64,000 nucleotides of DNA from Coleofasciculus sp. B1-GNL1-01 (GCA_040220235.1 JAVJTO010000075.1); one strand, 5' to 3'. Numbered from the stretch's first letter, positions 19,285 to 29,572 are shown. A program made the numbers and translations. The notes: generated by a model not told the origin, from the sequence alone.

Positions 19285-19608
19285 GTAGGGTGGGTTAGGC
19301 GGTATTCAATTGAGGAAATAACCATTAAATTTTGATATCCGCCGTAACCCACCAATCATAAAGCAAGTGCAGAGTCAGTAGGGTGGGTTAGGCGGTATTT
19401 AATTAAGAAAATAACCATTAAATTTCATATCCGCCGTAACCCACCAAAATGGAATAGATATTACGATTAAATCAAGCGCACGTCAGACGTAGGGTGGGTT
19501 AGGCGGTATTTAATTGAAGAAATAACCATTAAATTTGATATCCGCCGTAACCCACCAAAATGGAATAGATATGACGATTAAATCGGGCGCACGTCGGTGC
19601 GCCCCTAC
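19285..19608. repeat. Array of three ~68-bp REP-like hairpin units (BIME-like)
   Basis: GTAGGGTGGGTTAGGCGG..CCGCCGTAACCCACC at 19285-19353, 19378-19445 and 19489-19556; ends with GGGCGCACGTCGGTGCGCCCCTAC. Confidence 0.85.
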
Positions 19609-19676
19609 GGTTTCTGGGCAAAATAATCTATCAGATTAGGTGTGCCACGCCACGACAAGGTGACGAACCGTGCTTG

Positions 19677-22600
19677 TTAATCCGTTGCCACCATATCCCA
19701 CAGCGCATCAATCCCCCAGCCGATATAGTCTGAATCTTGGTGCTGCTCAATCCATTGCACGATAAGTGGCAGAATATCAGGGTTATTTTTACCCAATTTA
19801 CCCAAAGCATTGGCAGCCGATAAACGCACGTCAGAATCGTCATCATCTAAGCGCAAAAGTAGAGCGTTGACTACTGTTTTTGTACCTTGCCCCAATTTGC
19901 CCAAGGCATTGGCAGCCGAGTAACGCACTTTGGAATCGTCATCATGTAAGCGCAAAAGCAGGGCATTGATTACTGTTTTTGTACCCTGCCCCAAATTGCC
20001 CAAGGCAAAGGCAGCAAAGTCACGCACATCTAAATCATCATCATCTAAACCTGATAGCAATGTATTAACTACTTTTTCTTTACTTTGCTCCTGCTTTATC
20101 AGACTCAAGCTATACGCCGCCCAGAAACGAACATGAATATCCTTATCATTTAAGCGCAAAATCAAAGCATTGACTACTTTTTCTGAATCTTGCGCCAATT
20201 TACTCAAGGCAAAGGCTGCCGGGGAACGCATATCTAAATCGTCATCATTCAAGCACAAAAGTAGGGCATTGACTACTTTTTCTGAACTCTGCCCCAACTC
20301 ACCCAAGACATACGCTGCTGAAGGGCGAAAAAAAGACTCCTCATCTTCCAAGTGCAAAAGCAGGATATTGATTACCTGTTCTCTACCCTGCCCCAACTCG
20401 CCCAAAGCATAGGCAGCCCCGAAACGCACATCGTAATTTTTATCATCTAAGCGCAAAAGCAAAGCATTGACTACTTCTTCCGAACCTTGCCCCAACTCAA
20501 CTAAATCAAAGGCTGCCGATTTACGCACATCAGCATTCTCATCTTCTAAACGCAATAGCAAAATATCAATTACTGCTTCCTGTTCTCCCAACACCGCCCG
20601 ATATTTCAACAATCGCCCTTTATCAATCATTTCCGCCCTTGCCTTCAAAAATTCCAGCGCTTGCTGCTCAAACTCCGTCTCATTCAAATGGCAAAAAATC
20701 TCGTAAACCTGCTGGCTAACTCTCCTGCCAACCCGCGCCTCATCACTCACCTCCAACTCCACCAATCCCGCAAAAATCTCCTCAACTAAACCCTTATCAG
20801 CCCCCTTCAACCCCTTAATATTTTCCGTTAACAACGTGCCAGCCCAGAATAAATCCCGATGCAGCCATAACTCATATTCACTCTTATTCTGCAAAATCGC
20901 CCGAATCGCTTTCGCCGCCTTTTTCGGCTTTTGCTGGGCAATCAACAACAACAAAACCTCTCGCCAATGGGAATCATGCAGATGCTCTCGAATATGATCG
21001 AGAATAATATCAAAATCTCCCTCATTATCCGCTTGATAGTCAATCTCTTGAGCGCACAAATATTCCTGAAACGTCTTATGCACAAAGGCATAATAATCTT
21101 GCCCTTGTTCATTCAATAATCCCGTGCGTTCTCGGATAAAATTGACAAACCGCTCCGCCTCTTTCTTTGCCTCATAGCGTTGAATCTGTTTCAGCGTCTG
21201 AATCTCTCGACTCAACTGATCAATCAAATCATCCTTTTCAATTAGGGTTCCGCCCTCTTTATCCTCGCTACTTCCTTGGGTGTGAATCCAATATGCCAGG
21301 ATTTCCATCAACCGCCGTAAATCATCCAACTCTAGATATTTTAATTCCGTCTGATTCGTCAGTTCTTTATTAGCATCCCAGGAGGTTAACAGTGTTTCCA
21401 CTGCCTTATCATACAGCTTGTACCGTTCTTTCGGTAAATGAGCTTGATAGCGGTGAATTAGGGCAATAATCGTTAACATCAGCGGATTTCGTGCCAATAA
21501 TTGAATCCGGGGATTATCGGACAATGCCGTTCTTAAACTCTGTTTACGCCGCTCGGCTTCTGCTTTATCGGGAACGCGGCTATCATACCAACGGTTAATA
21601 AATTCCTCAATCTGGTCATCATTAAAAGGTTGTAACTGATAGTGCGGAAATTCCTGGGTTTTAAAGAAATCTCGCTTATATCCCGCCGGACGCGAGGTAA
21701 TAATGGCGCGATTTTGGTTATATTGTCCCAGGAAATTTTCAATTCGCTGCACCACCTGATAACGTTTAGCATCTTCGGCAACTTCATCCAAGCCATCTAA
21801 TAAAATCAGCGCCCGCCCATCTTCTAACCAATAGTCAAAAAATCCCTCTGGCAAAGCTTTCACTGCCATCGTATCTTCAGCAAACTGCCGCGCATAATCG
21901 AGAATACTGATGTCCGGTTGTCGAGCCAAATCACGAATTTTAATTAAAATTGGCAGCCAATCTATAGTGGTATTTAACCCTAATGCGTTTTTATCACTAT
22001 CTCTATTGTGTAATTCTCCTATCTCCCCCCTTTTTAAGGGGGGCTGGTGGGGATTGGAATGGTCAACCGCAGCGGAATCAGTCGAGACATTGTTTTGCTG
22101 TGCCAGCATCACGGCAAAATAACTCATTAACGTGGTTTTTCCCGAACCGGGCGCACCTAACAGCACAATTTTAGGACGACTTTTCCTTTGAGGGATATTG
22201 TTTCCCGATCTGCAAGCATCTAATGGCACTAATTCGGAAAAAGCTAAAGTATTATGTTCGATTTCTCCACTTAACAACTGCTGTGCATTAAACCGTCTAC
22301 CTGCACGGTTTTTTAACTCGCGGAGCAAATCCGGTTGATGATTCTCCAATGATCCATATCCTGAAAAATGCAAAATCTCCCATTTTTGCTGTTCTTCCAC
22401 TACATCCGGCATAACAAAAATCTGGGCAAGATGTTCAGACTTTTCTATCTCTTGTCCGGCGACGGAAATCCCGGCAAACTTAACATCATCAAACCAATTG
22501 ACCAATTGCTCACAATAATCAGCTTTCGCTACCTGAAACCTTAAATACTCCGTCGTTCGCTGAAAATAAGTGCGAACAAATACCTCCATCCACGGCTGAA

Positions 22601-22949
22601 CCAAAGACTCGTCAATCTGGTTCATCTTAGAATCTTGTTTTGCTGCTTTGGTAAAGGCAACGACTAAATAATCAACATCTGGCGTTCCTTGATTATTCAG
22701 GGGTTTCTGTAACTCCACTAATCCAGCCCCCTTAAAAAACTGTGCCAAAAATCGAGGGATAAAATCGGGGGGACAGCGATAGAATAATCGTTTATGTTGT
22801 TCCTGTGCTGTTTTCGTCGCCGCGTTTAAGGCTTTGTCTAAATCTTGAGGATTAAGTTGACTACGAACTCCAGTGAGTAACGTTTCCGCAATCTTTAGTG
22901 TGGCAAATTCGCCTAACCATCCACCAAGCATGATTGATACGGGTTCCAT
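19677..22949 (-). CDS. NACHT NTPase with C-terminal HEAT (PBS-lyase-like) repeats (STAND protein)
   Basis: Walker A GAPGSGKT, Walker B LILLDGLDE, IITSR, NPLML, F.HKTFQEY, HWREV; about 8 repeats of LLLRL.D.D..VR..AA.ALG.LG. Confidence 0.92.
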   Translation of the reverse strand: MEPVSIMLGGWLGEFATLKIAETLLTGVRSQLNPQDLDKALNAATKTAQEQHKRLFYRCPPDFIPRFLAQFFKGAGLVELQKPLNNQGTPDVDYLVVAFTKAAKQDSKMNQIDESLVQPWMEVFVRTYFQRTTEYLRFQVAKADYCEQLVNWFDDVKFAGISVAGQEIEKSEHLAQIFVMPDVVEEQQKWEILHFSGYGSLENHQPDLLRELKNRAGRRFNAQQLLSGEIEHNTLAFSELVPLDACRSGNNIPQRKSRPKIVLLGAPGSGKTTLMSYFAVMLAQQNNVSTDSAAVDHSNPHQPPLKRGEIGELHNRDSDKNALGLNTTIDWLPILIKIRDLARQPDISILDYARQFAEDTMAVKALPEGFFDYWLEDGRALILLDGLDEVAEDAKRYQVVQRIENFLGQYNQNRAIITSRPAGYKRDFFKTQEFPHYQLQPFNDDQIEEFINRWYDSRVPDKAEAERRKQSLRTALSDNPRIQLLARNPLMLTIIALIHRYQAHLPKERYKLYDKAVETLLTSWDANKELTNQTELKYLELDDLRRLMEILAYWIHTQGSSEDKEGGTLIEKDDLIDQLSREIQTLKQIQRYEAKKEAERFVNFIRERTGLLNEQGQDYYAFVHKTFQEYLCAQEIDYQADNEGDFDIILDHIREHLHDSHWREVLLLLIAQQKPKKAAKAIRAILQNKSEYELWLHRDLFWAGTLLTENIKGLKGADKGLVEEIFAGLVELEVSDEARVGRRVSQQVYEIFCHLNETEFEQQALEFLKARAEMIDKGRLLKYRAVLGEQEAVIDILLLRLEDENADVRKSAAFDLVELGQGSEEVVNALLLRLDDKNYDVRFGAAYALGELGQGREQVINILLLHLEDEESFFRPSAAYVLGELGQSSEKVVNALLLCLNDDDLDMRSPAAFALSKLAQDSEKVVNALILRLNDKDIHVRFWAAYSLSLIKQEQSKEKVVNTLLSGLDDDDLDVRDFAAFALGNLGQGTKTVINALLLRLHDDDSKVRYSAANALGKLGQGTKTVVNALLLRLDDDDSDVRLSAANALGKLGKNNPDILPLIVQWIEQHQDSDYIGWGIDALWDMVATD

Positions 22950-23149
22950 ATCTGACTGATTTGAGCAACCACCTTTGTTATTATGGCTTACTTGATTCAG
23001 GAGCAGATAGCAAACAGAACGGGGAATGGAATGGTATCATTGGTGATAAGTTAAGGCTGTGTGCCAATAGAGCCAAGCCTAAAGGGTGTGCCACGCCACT
23101 ACAGTTTGGCGACAATTTGGCGGTGGCGTTTCCAGATATTTGGCAGAAT

Positions 23150-23392
23150 TCAATCTGAATTCAAGCGTTTGTTAATCTGGTTCATCAGTCCAGTAAACAG
23201 CGCACCTGCCATTAAAAGACCGATCGCGGGCGTAAAGACAGGATTCCACAAGCTATACCACACGTCTAATCCCAGTGAAACACCCACCGATCGCCCCAAC
23301 AGTGCGATCGCGAACCAGAAGAAGCTGAATAAAACCAGGAAGAAATCAGCGACTAATAACTGATTTAGCCAATAGATAAGTTTGTCTTTCAT
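23150..23392 (-). CDS. Small conserved cyanobacterial membrane protein
   Basis: 80 aa, two TM segments, LDVWYSLWNPVFTPAIGLLM; divergent from lipB. Confidence 0.7.
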   Translation of the reverse strand: MKDKLIYWLNQLLVADFFLVLFSFFWFAIALLGRSVGVSLGLDVWYSLWNPVFTPAIGLLMAGALFTGLMNQINKRLNSD

Positions 23393-23426
23393 AATAGATA
23401 AGTTATCTTCAGTAAATAGGACGTGA

Positions 23427-24074
23427 ATGGCACAACGTCAATGCTTACTATACAATCAAGGACTTATACCATATACCGTCGCCTGGGAACAACAGCGATC
23501 GCTCCTGTCACAACGGATTAACGATCCCACCCTTGATGATGTTCTCTTATTAATGGAACATCCACCCGTCTATACTTTAGGTCAAGGTGCTTCTTTAGAC
23601 TTCCTCAAATTCAACCCCGCAGAAGCGGACTGGGAGGTTCACCGTATAGAACGGGGAGGTGAAGTCACTTACCATTGTCCCGGTCAACTCGTCGGCTATC
23701 CCATTCTCAATCTACGATATTATCAGCAAGATTTACACTGGTATCTGCGACAGTTAGAAGCCGTCTTAATTGAGGTATTGGCGGTTTATGGACTCAAAGG
23801 CGATCGCGAAACTGGGATGACTGGTGTTTGGCTTGAGGGACGCAAGGTTGCCGCCATTGGCATTAAAGTCAGTCGTTGGATTACCATGCACGGCTTTGCC
23901 CTAAATGTTTGCCCGGACTTAAGCGGGTTTGGGCGCATCGTTCCCTGTGGAATTGCCGATAAACCCGTGGGGAGTCTTGCCCAGTTTATTCCGAATATTA
24001 CCGTAGACCAAGTTCGCCCCGTAGTAATTGCTAAATTTGCCGAGGTATTTAGGGCTTGCTACCTAAGTGTGTAA
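23427..24074 (+). CDS. lipB: Lipoyl(octanoyl) transferase
   Basis: [45 protein letters not shown]. The last 7 codons derive from the inserted MITE. Confidence 0.96.
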   Translation: MAQRQCLLYNQGLIPYTVAWEQQRSLLSQRINDPTLDDVLLLMEHPPVYTLGQGASLDFLKFNPAEADWEVHRIERGGEVTYHCPGQLVGYPILNLRYYQQDLHWYLRQLEAVLIEVLAVYGLKGDRETGMTGVWLEGRKVAAIGIKVSRWITMHGFALNVCPDLSGFGRIVPCGIADKPVGSLAQFIPNITVDQVRPVVIAKFAEVFRACYLSV

Positions 24075-24265
24075 GGTAGACTAGATAGGGGTTTCAAGCC
24101 ATTTTTTGACCCAACAAGTGCAAGGTTTTTACACTACCATTCTCTTGCATCCTGGAATTTTTGCCGACCTCAGCGCCGAATTTTCCCTCGACAGAGGGTT
24201 GAAACCATTGCCCATTGCCCATTGCCTATTGCCTCTCCCCACCACAAGACTTATTCAGCAGACCC
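24052..24265. mobile_element. 214-bp MITE with a 6-bp target-site duplication, inserted in the lipB 3' end
   Basis: Ends GGGCTTGCT...AGCAGACCC (imperfect inverted repeat); TATTTA at 24046-24051 and 24266-24271; partial copies at 16660 and 29500. Confidence 0.7.
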
Positions 24266-24300
24266 TATTTAATGTCAGTTATAGCTACTCAGAGCGATAT

Positions 24301-25305
24301 TTAGGTCAAGTTTTCCGAACAGCGAGTCGCTAAGAACTTATTCAGATCAGCATAGGTTCCCGCATAAGTGGTGGTTGGCTTCTCATACCCTTTCAGGCTA
24401 ACAATATGTTGTTTAAAACCCAGATTGTTGTATCCTAGCTGTTCCAGATAGCTATAGGTATCTTCTCCCAAAGCAATATCCAGACCAATTTGTTTCGTCG
24501 CCGACTCCAGACGAAACGCTGCATTCACTGTATCGCCAATTGCTGTATAATCCGGGCGATCTCCACTGCCCGTATTTCCCACCATCGCATAACCCGTATT
24601 TACTCCCGTGCCAATGCGTAGCGGGAAAGGGAGGGGGTATTGACTGGAAAGGGATGCCGTCATCCGGTGCAAATCGCTAACTGCTTGCAACACATTCATG
24701 GCTTCGTCTTTACTCACCCCTTTATGCCCATGAAACCAAATTGCCATCACCGCATCGCCAATATATTTATCCACCCAACTTCCCGATTTGCGGATAATAT
24801 TTCCCGATTGGCGAAACCAAGTGCCAATCACAGCCGAGAGAATCTTTTCATCCAGTTGGCGAGTTAGAACCGTAAAGTCACGGATATCAACCACCATCAC
24901 CGACATGAGGCGGCGCACATGTAACGTAGAGGTTAGAGTTTCACTACTTGCAGGTTGGCTATAGTCGCGATCGCGGTTACGGGTATCGGATGGCGAATGA
25001 AATTCCAGTTCAGTCTGACCAAACATCAGCTGATCGCCATTTCGTAATGTCACCGGAATACTCACTCGGCGTCCATTCACGAAAGAACCATTGCGACTTC
25101 CCAAATCGATTAGATAGAAATCACCAGTTTCAGTACACTGTAACATCGCGTGATTTCGGGAAATCCAGCGATCTGAGAGGACAAAATTGTTATCATCTCC
25201 GCGACCAACTGTCCAGCAGTTACTACCCACCAGGGGGAGGTAGCGGTTACCTGTCTCAGTCGGTAGAAGTAAATAGGGAGTGGATCGTAGAGTCACCACA
25301 GGCAC
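24301..25305 (-). CDS. FHA-domain class III adenylate cyclase (Synechocystis Cya1-like)
   Basis: FHA motifs GR..SRNHA..DLGSRNGS; cyclase motifs VDIRDFT, DKYIGDA, DYTAIGDTVNAAFRLES (Lys/Asp pair indicating ATP specificity). Confidence 0.9.
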   Translation of the reverse strand: MPVVTLRSTPYLLLPTETGNRYLPLVGSNCWTVGRGDDNNFVLSDRWISRNHAMLQCTETGDFYLIDLGSRNGSFVNGRRVSIPVTLRNGDQLMFGQTELEFHSPSDTRNRDRDYSQPASSETLTSTLHVRRLMSVMVVDIRDFTVLTRQLDEKILSAVIGTWFRQSGNIIRKSGSWVDKYIGDAVMAIWFHGHKGVSKDEAMNVLQAVSDLHRMTASLSSQYPLPFPLRIGTGVNTGYAMVGNTGSGDRPDYTAIGDTVNAAFRLESATKQIGLDIALGEDTYSYLEQLGYNNLGFKQHIVSLKGYEKPTTTYAGTYADLNKFLATRCSENLT

Positions 25306-25451
25306 AGAAGCAACGACGGGTTAAAAAATAAACAGAGGATTAAGTCTATATCCTAGTAGATGCATTCTGAAGCCAAACGAGTGATTCCGGAAACTTCACT
25401 GTCCTTATGGTTTGATGTCAATATTTGTTTACTGTAGACATTCATGAGCTT

Positions 25452-26207
25452 TTATTGCAGTGTAGCTGCTAGCCAAAATAGGCTATCTACCAAAATTGTA
25501 CTCAATACTGCCCCACTAAATGCCCACCACGGCAATCGCCCTCGGGTCAATGCCCCACATCCTACTAATCCTAGTGTACATCCTAAAACCGCTGCCCAGC
25601 TAATTCCCCAAGGGGTTTGTACTTGTGCGATCGCCTCTTGCAAGATCGGGGTAATCAAGGCTGGATCAACGTCCATGATTTGACGCCAGTAGGGAATCAA
25701 ATCCGTTAAATAAAAATATACATCGGTGAGAGCTGTCCCGAACAGAGAACCCAGGTAAAACAAATTACCTACAGCGCCTCTCCCCCGCCATAACCCCCAA
25801 AGGGCAAACGGTAGACCAATGGCTTCGATGGGTAAATGTAACAGAGGTTCAGCCCGCAGCCAGCCCCAATAGATTGAACCAGCTAGCCAGCACCAACTAA
25901 AACCTAGTAACAAATCTCCCCATACTCGCATCCCTGGACGCGCCAGTAGCTTAAATCCCAGCCATATCCATCCTAAGGTCAACAGTAAACTCAACCAGGG
26001 AAGTTGCCGGACTAATGGCGCTTGCACAAACACAGGGACAGACACCAGAAATGAGGCAGCCGCAAACAGCCACCAGCCTTGAACTCTAGCTTTTGAGCCT
26101 ATACCTAGACCATTTAGGGGGCTACGGATTGGCATCAAAAGCCAAACCTCTTCTGATGGATTGGAGTAGTTGGAGGATGTATTAGAAAACATACTATTGC
26201 GAAACAC
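25452..26207 (-). CDS. DUF3120-like cyanobacterial membrane protein
   Basis: FLVSVPVFVQAPLVR, W.AGSIYWGWLR.EP..HLPIEA, FYLGSL.GTA.TD. Start uncertain. Confidence 0.75.
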   Translation of the reverse strand: MFRNSMFSNTSSNYSNPSEEVWLLMPIRSPLNGLGIGSKARVQGWWLFAAASFLVSVPVFVQAPLVRQLPWLSLLLTLGWIWLGFKLLARPGMRVWGDLLLGFSWCWLAGSIYWGWLRAEPLLHLPIEAIGLPFALWGLWRGRGAVGNLFYLGSLFGTALTDVYFYLTDLIPYWRQIMDVDPALITPILQEAIAQVQTPWGISWAAVLGCTLGLVGCGALTRGRLPWWAFSGAVLSTILVDSLFWLAATLQ

Positions 26208-26223
26208 GATTTCTTTAATTTTC

Positions 26224-26241
26224 TTTACTTATGTTTACATA
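26224..26241. promoter_or_regulatory. Candidate HLR1 (RpaB) direct repeat
   Basis: TTTACTTA-tg-TTTACATA fits (G/T)TTACA(T/A)(T/A)-N2 x2 with one mismatch. Confidence 0.45.
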
Positions 26242-26489
26242 TCTCAATATATCATGAGCATTATCCCCCCTAGGGGGATATACATCCTATTATAGGGTAC
26301 GGCTAGCACCTCCAGAAAGTTTGCGATCGCGATCAAGCTATGCCAGAATTCCGATTAAAGCGGGTGACTGGTAATAAGTAATTAGGGATTGGGAATTTTA
26401 ACAAGCAAGCCTCAGCTCCTGACTGTTCCCTGTTCTCTTGTCCTCATGCTCAACTTGAATTATGTCCGACTACTTATCCGACTACTTAC

Positions 26490-27461
26490 ATGATCAAATT
26501 GCAGTGGCGGTGGTTCAAATTTTTCAGGATTAGCCTTCTGAGTGCCTTACTCACCATACCGTTGAAGAGTTTTGCCACCAGCTTATCCACAGACGTCGCC
26601 GTACCCACAACCCAATCCACCTCCCAGATGAACATAGTTCAGGCATTGATCCTGGGAATGGTGCAGGGGTTAACGGAGTTTATCCCGATTAGCAGTACAG
26701 CGCATTTAAAAATAGTGCCGGTGGTATTAGGCTGGGGTGATCCGGGGGTAGCTTTTACAGCAATCATTCAACTGGGAAGTATTGCCGCCGTGCTGTGGTA
26801 TTTTTGGTCAGACTTATGGCAAATTTCCACAGGTACAATTCAAGCGATTCAGAGGAAGGATTACCAAGCCAACGATTTTCGCATGGCGGTGGGTATCGGC
26901 TTGGGGACGTTACCGATTGTCTTCTGTGGCTTGTTAATTAAGATATTTATTCCCGATTTTGATAATTCGCCCCTACGGAGTACCGTTGCGATCGCTTGTG
27001 CTTCGATTTTTATGGGGCTGCTGTTGGGCGTTGCCGAAAAGATCGGTACGAGAGAGCGCAATTTCGATAAGTTGGGGATGCAGGATGGCATCTTGATGGG
27101 ATTTGCTCAAGCCTTGGCACTCGTTCCTGGCGTATCGCGATCGGGTTCAACGATTACAGCGGGCTTGTTTATGAGATTGGAAAGAGGAACAGCCGCCCGC
27201 TTTTCCTTTTTGCTGGGTATCCCCGCGATTACCCTAGCCGGGTTAGTCGAGTTAAAGGATTTATTAGAATCTGGAGTCGGGGAGGGGGGATTCATGCCTC
27301 TCACCGTGGGCGTGATATCATCAGCCGTATTTTCTTATGCTGCGATCGCGTGGCTGATTCGTTACCTACAAACTCAGAACACTTGGATCTTTGTCTGGTA
27401 TCGCGTCGCCTTTGGTGTGGCAATTTTAGCCGCGATTATCGCCGGGGTAATGCCTTCCTGA
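26490..27461 (+). CDS. uppP: Undecaprenyl-diphosphate phosphatase
   Basis: QGLTEFIPISSTAHL, IQLGS, PGVSRSGSTI, ARFSFLL. Confidence 0.95.
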   Translation: MIKLQWRWFKFFRISLLSALLTIPLKSFATSLSTDVAVPTTQSTSQMNIVQALILGMVQGLTEFIPISSTAHLKIVPVVLGWGDPGVAFTAIIQLGSIAAVLWYFWSDLWQISTGTIQAIQRKDYQANDFRMAVGIGLGTLPIVFCGLLIKIFIPDFDNSPLRSTVAIACASIFMGLLLGVAEKIGTRERNFDKLGMQDGILMGFAQALALVPGVSRSGSTITAGLFMRLERGTAARFSFLLGIPAITLAGLVELKDLLESGVGEGGFMPLTVGVISSAVFSYAAIAWLIRYLQTQNTWIFVWYRVAFGVAILAAIIAGVMPS

Positions 27462-27604
27462 GGGGAGATGGGGGAGATGGGGGAGCTGGGGAAGCTGGGG
27501 GAGCTGGGGAAGAAAATTTACAAATGACAAATGACGAATGACGAATGACGAATGACAAATGACAAAAGACGATCCTCACCGTTAACTTGAAATTCCCCCC
27601 CTAC

Positions 27605-28321
27605 TTACTCAAGCTGTTCATTAGCTTCTGGTAGTGAGTTGCCTGCTTCATTCGTGCGTTGGGCAAATCCCCACAGGAAGATCAAGCCAATAATGGTAAT
27701 CATTAACCATTCGGGCGGCACGAATTCGGGATTAATCGCCCGAACCAAAAGTCGCAATCCAACTAGACCAACTGTAATGTAACCCGCATCCTCCAGGTTG
27801 ACATACTCCTGTAGCCAGCGGATGAATAATCCTGCCATAAATCGTAGAGTAATCACACCGATAGTGCCACCTGCCAGAACCAGCCAGATTTGGTCAGAAA
27901 TTGCGATCGCGGTGGTGACACTATCTAAGGAAAATGCTAGATCAGTAATGGCGATCAGAGGAATCACTTGTAACAGCGATGTAAATCGGGGTCCATGATG
28001 GTGATGTTGTTCATCTTCCTCTGAGGTGAAATGCTCGAAGACTAACCAAAGCAAATAAGCAGCACCGAGGAGTTCAAATTGCCAAAACTTGACCACCCAC
28101 GTTGCCGTCAGAATCAGACTAATCCGCAGAATGTAAGCCACCACCAAGCCAAAGTTCAGCGCCTGTCGCTGAAGTTGCTTGTCTTCTAACCCTTGAGCAA
28201 TTGTTGCCAGCGCGATCGCGTTATCGGCTGACAGCACGGCTTCGAGGGCAACCAAAATCAGCAGGACTAAGGGGGCTTCTATTCCTAGATTGAACGGTAA
28301 CTTAAAAACTTGATCCAGCAT
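27605..28321 (-). CDS. TerC family integral membrane protein
   Basis: LEAVLSADNA and DLAFSLDSV motifs. Start ATG 28321. Confidence 0.9.
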   Translation of the reverse strand: MLDQVFKLPFNLGIEAPLVLLILVALEAVLSADNAIALATIAQGLEDKQLQRQALNFGLVVAYILRISLILTATWVVKFWQFELLGAAYLLWLVFEHFTSEEDEQHHHHGPRFTSLLQVIPLIAITDLAFSLDSVTTAIAISDQIWLVLAGGTIGVITLRFMAGLFIRWLQEYVNLEDAGYITVGLVGLRLLVRAINPEFVPPEWLMITIIGLIFLWGFAQRTNEAGNSLPEANEQLE

Positions 28322-28496
28322 TAATGAAATAAATAATGATTTCGAGTATTGACGAGGATGTAAGCTGCACTTGCTCGGCAACTATGAGTCCTTCTGTTAA
28401 CTAATCTTAACGTGTTGCCCGAAATTTCTGCCGAAAACGGAGCAATAGCCAGTAGACTAAAGGTCATATTGATGTTTAATTAGGAGCTTGTAAACC

Positions 28497-28592
28497 ATGT
28501 CCCTTTCAGATACCCAAATTTTCGTCGCTCTCGTCGTAGCGCTCATTCCCGGTATCTTAGCCTTCCGTCTAGCTACGGAACTCTATAAGTAG
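28497..28592 (+). CDS. psaM: Photosystem I reaction centre subunit XII
   Basis: Not in the ORF track. Manual translation [39 protein letters not shown] at 28482. Confidence 0.95.
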   Translation: MSLSDTQIFVALVVALIPGILAFRLATELYK

Positions 28593-29103
28593 TTCTCATT
28601 CTCAATCGGGCTGGGAACTGGCGAGGATGAGGGGTGTGATGTCAACCCTTGTCTTGTGGATACGGTTTGAGTTGCACCCCTCATCTCATAATTCCGGATA
28701 ATGGCAGCAAAATGCTGTAAGGTATCTGACTATCCTCAGCAGAGTATTGCCTGCGGAAAACTCTTCGTCTATGATCTGAACTTTAGACGACCAGCTCGGT
28801 CGTGTCAGTCTTTGGACTGGTGAGTGCCGACACTGCCATGATGAAGCCGGACGAAAATGTTAGCGATTGTTATCATTTTGGCAACGGACATACGTTCCAT
28901 CAGCCCCTAGGCGTACAGTTTAAAAGCACGAGTCTGTAACGATCCAGACGAGAGGCGAACGCTGGCGCGTCAAACGTCGTTAGTCAATAAGGCGGTAGGG
29001 GTCTTACCAACTTTTTTACAAGGAAAGCGATACTTTTTGCCGAGCTTTCCTCTGCCGCTAAATCAAAGACGATAACGGGAGTCTCCAGCGAGTTTTTATT
29101 GAG

Positions 29104-29496
29104 ATGAATGCAATCCCAACCTCTCGACCCACTCGGCAACCTTTACCAACCCGCCGCAGGGTTCCTCGCCAAGAGCGTCGTCCTCGGCGGCATTCCTACT
29201 CCGTCGTGGCGGGTGAAATTACGGTTAAATTAGTGGTAAATCTGATTCTTTGTACTGCCGCGATCGCGGGATTGGCACAACTGTTGCCCTATCATCTGTC
29301 CCAAAAGGCGAAGTTGCAAGAAGTACGATCAGAAGTGAAACGCACCCAAAGCCGGGTTCAGAAACTCCGCAATGACTTCGGCGAAGCGTTTGATCCGGCA
29401 CAAGCTAGACGAGTTATGCAAGATCAAAGTTATCGGGTTGATCCAAATCAGCGTCAAGTCGTCTGGGAAGATCGGCGTCTTATGCCCGATAACTAA
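29104..29496 (+). CDS. Single-TM coiled-coil protein (Slr1601-like, FtsB/FtsL-like topology)
   Basis: Basic N-terminus, one TM segment, coiled coil, FDP motif. Confidence 0.6.
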   Translation: MNAIPTSRPTRQPLPTRRRVPRQERRPRRHSYSVVAGEITVKLVVNLILCTAAIAGLAQLLPYHLSQKAKLQEVRSEVKRTQSRVQKLRNDFGEAFDPAQARRVMQDQSYRVDPNQRQVVWEDRRLMPDN

Positions 29497-29572
29497 ATAG
29501 GGGCTGCTGAATAAATTTTGGGGTGGGGAGAGGGAATAGGGAACAGTTTCAACCCCCAGTTGAGGTTTAAAT

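Noticed and set aside
19285..19608. Possible CRISPR array
   Set aside because: Units are ~68 bp GTAG-type hairpins, two linkers are near-identical, and there are no cas genes in the window.
19930..20706. Antisense ORFs with repeated motifs over the HEAT region
   Set aside because: Mirror of the HEAT repeats on the coding strand.
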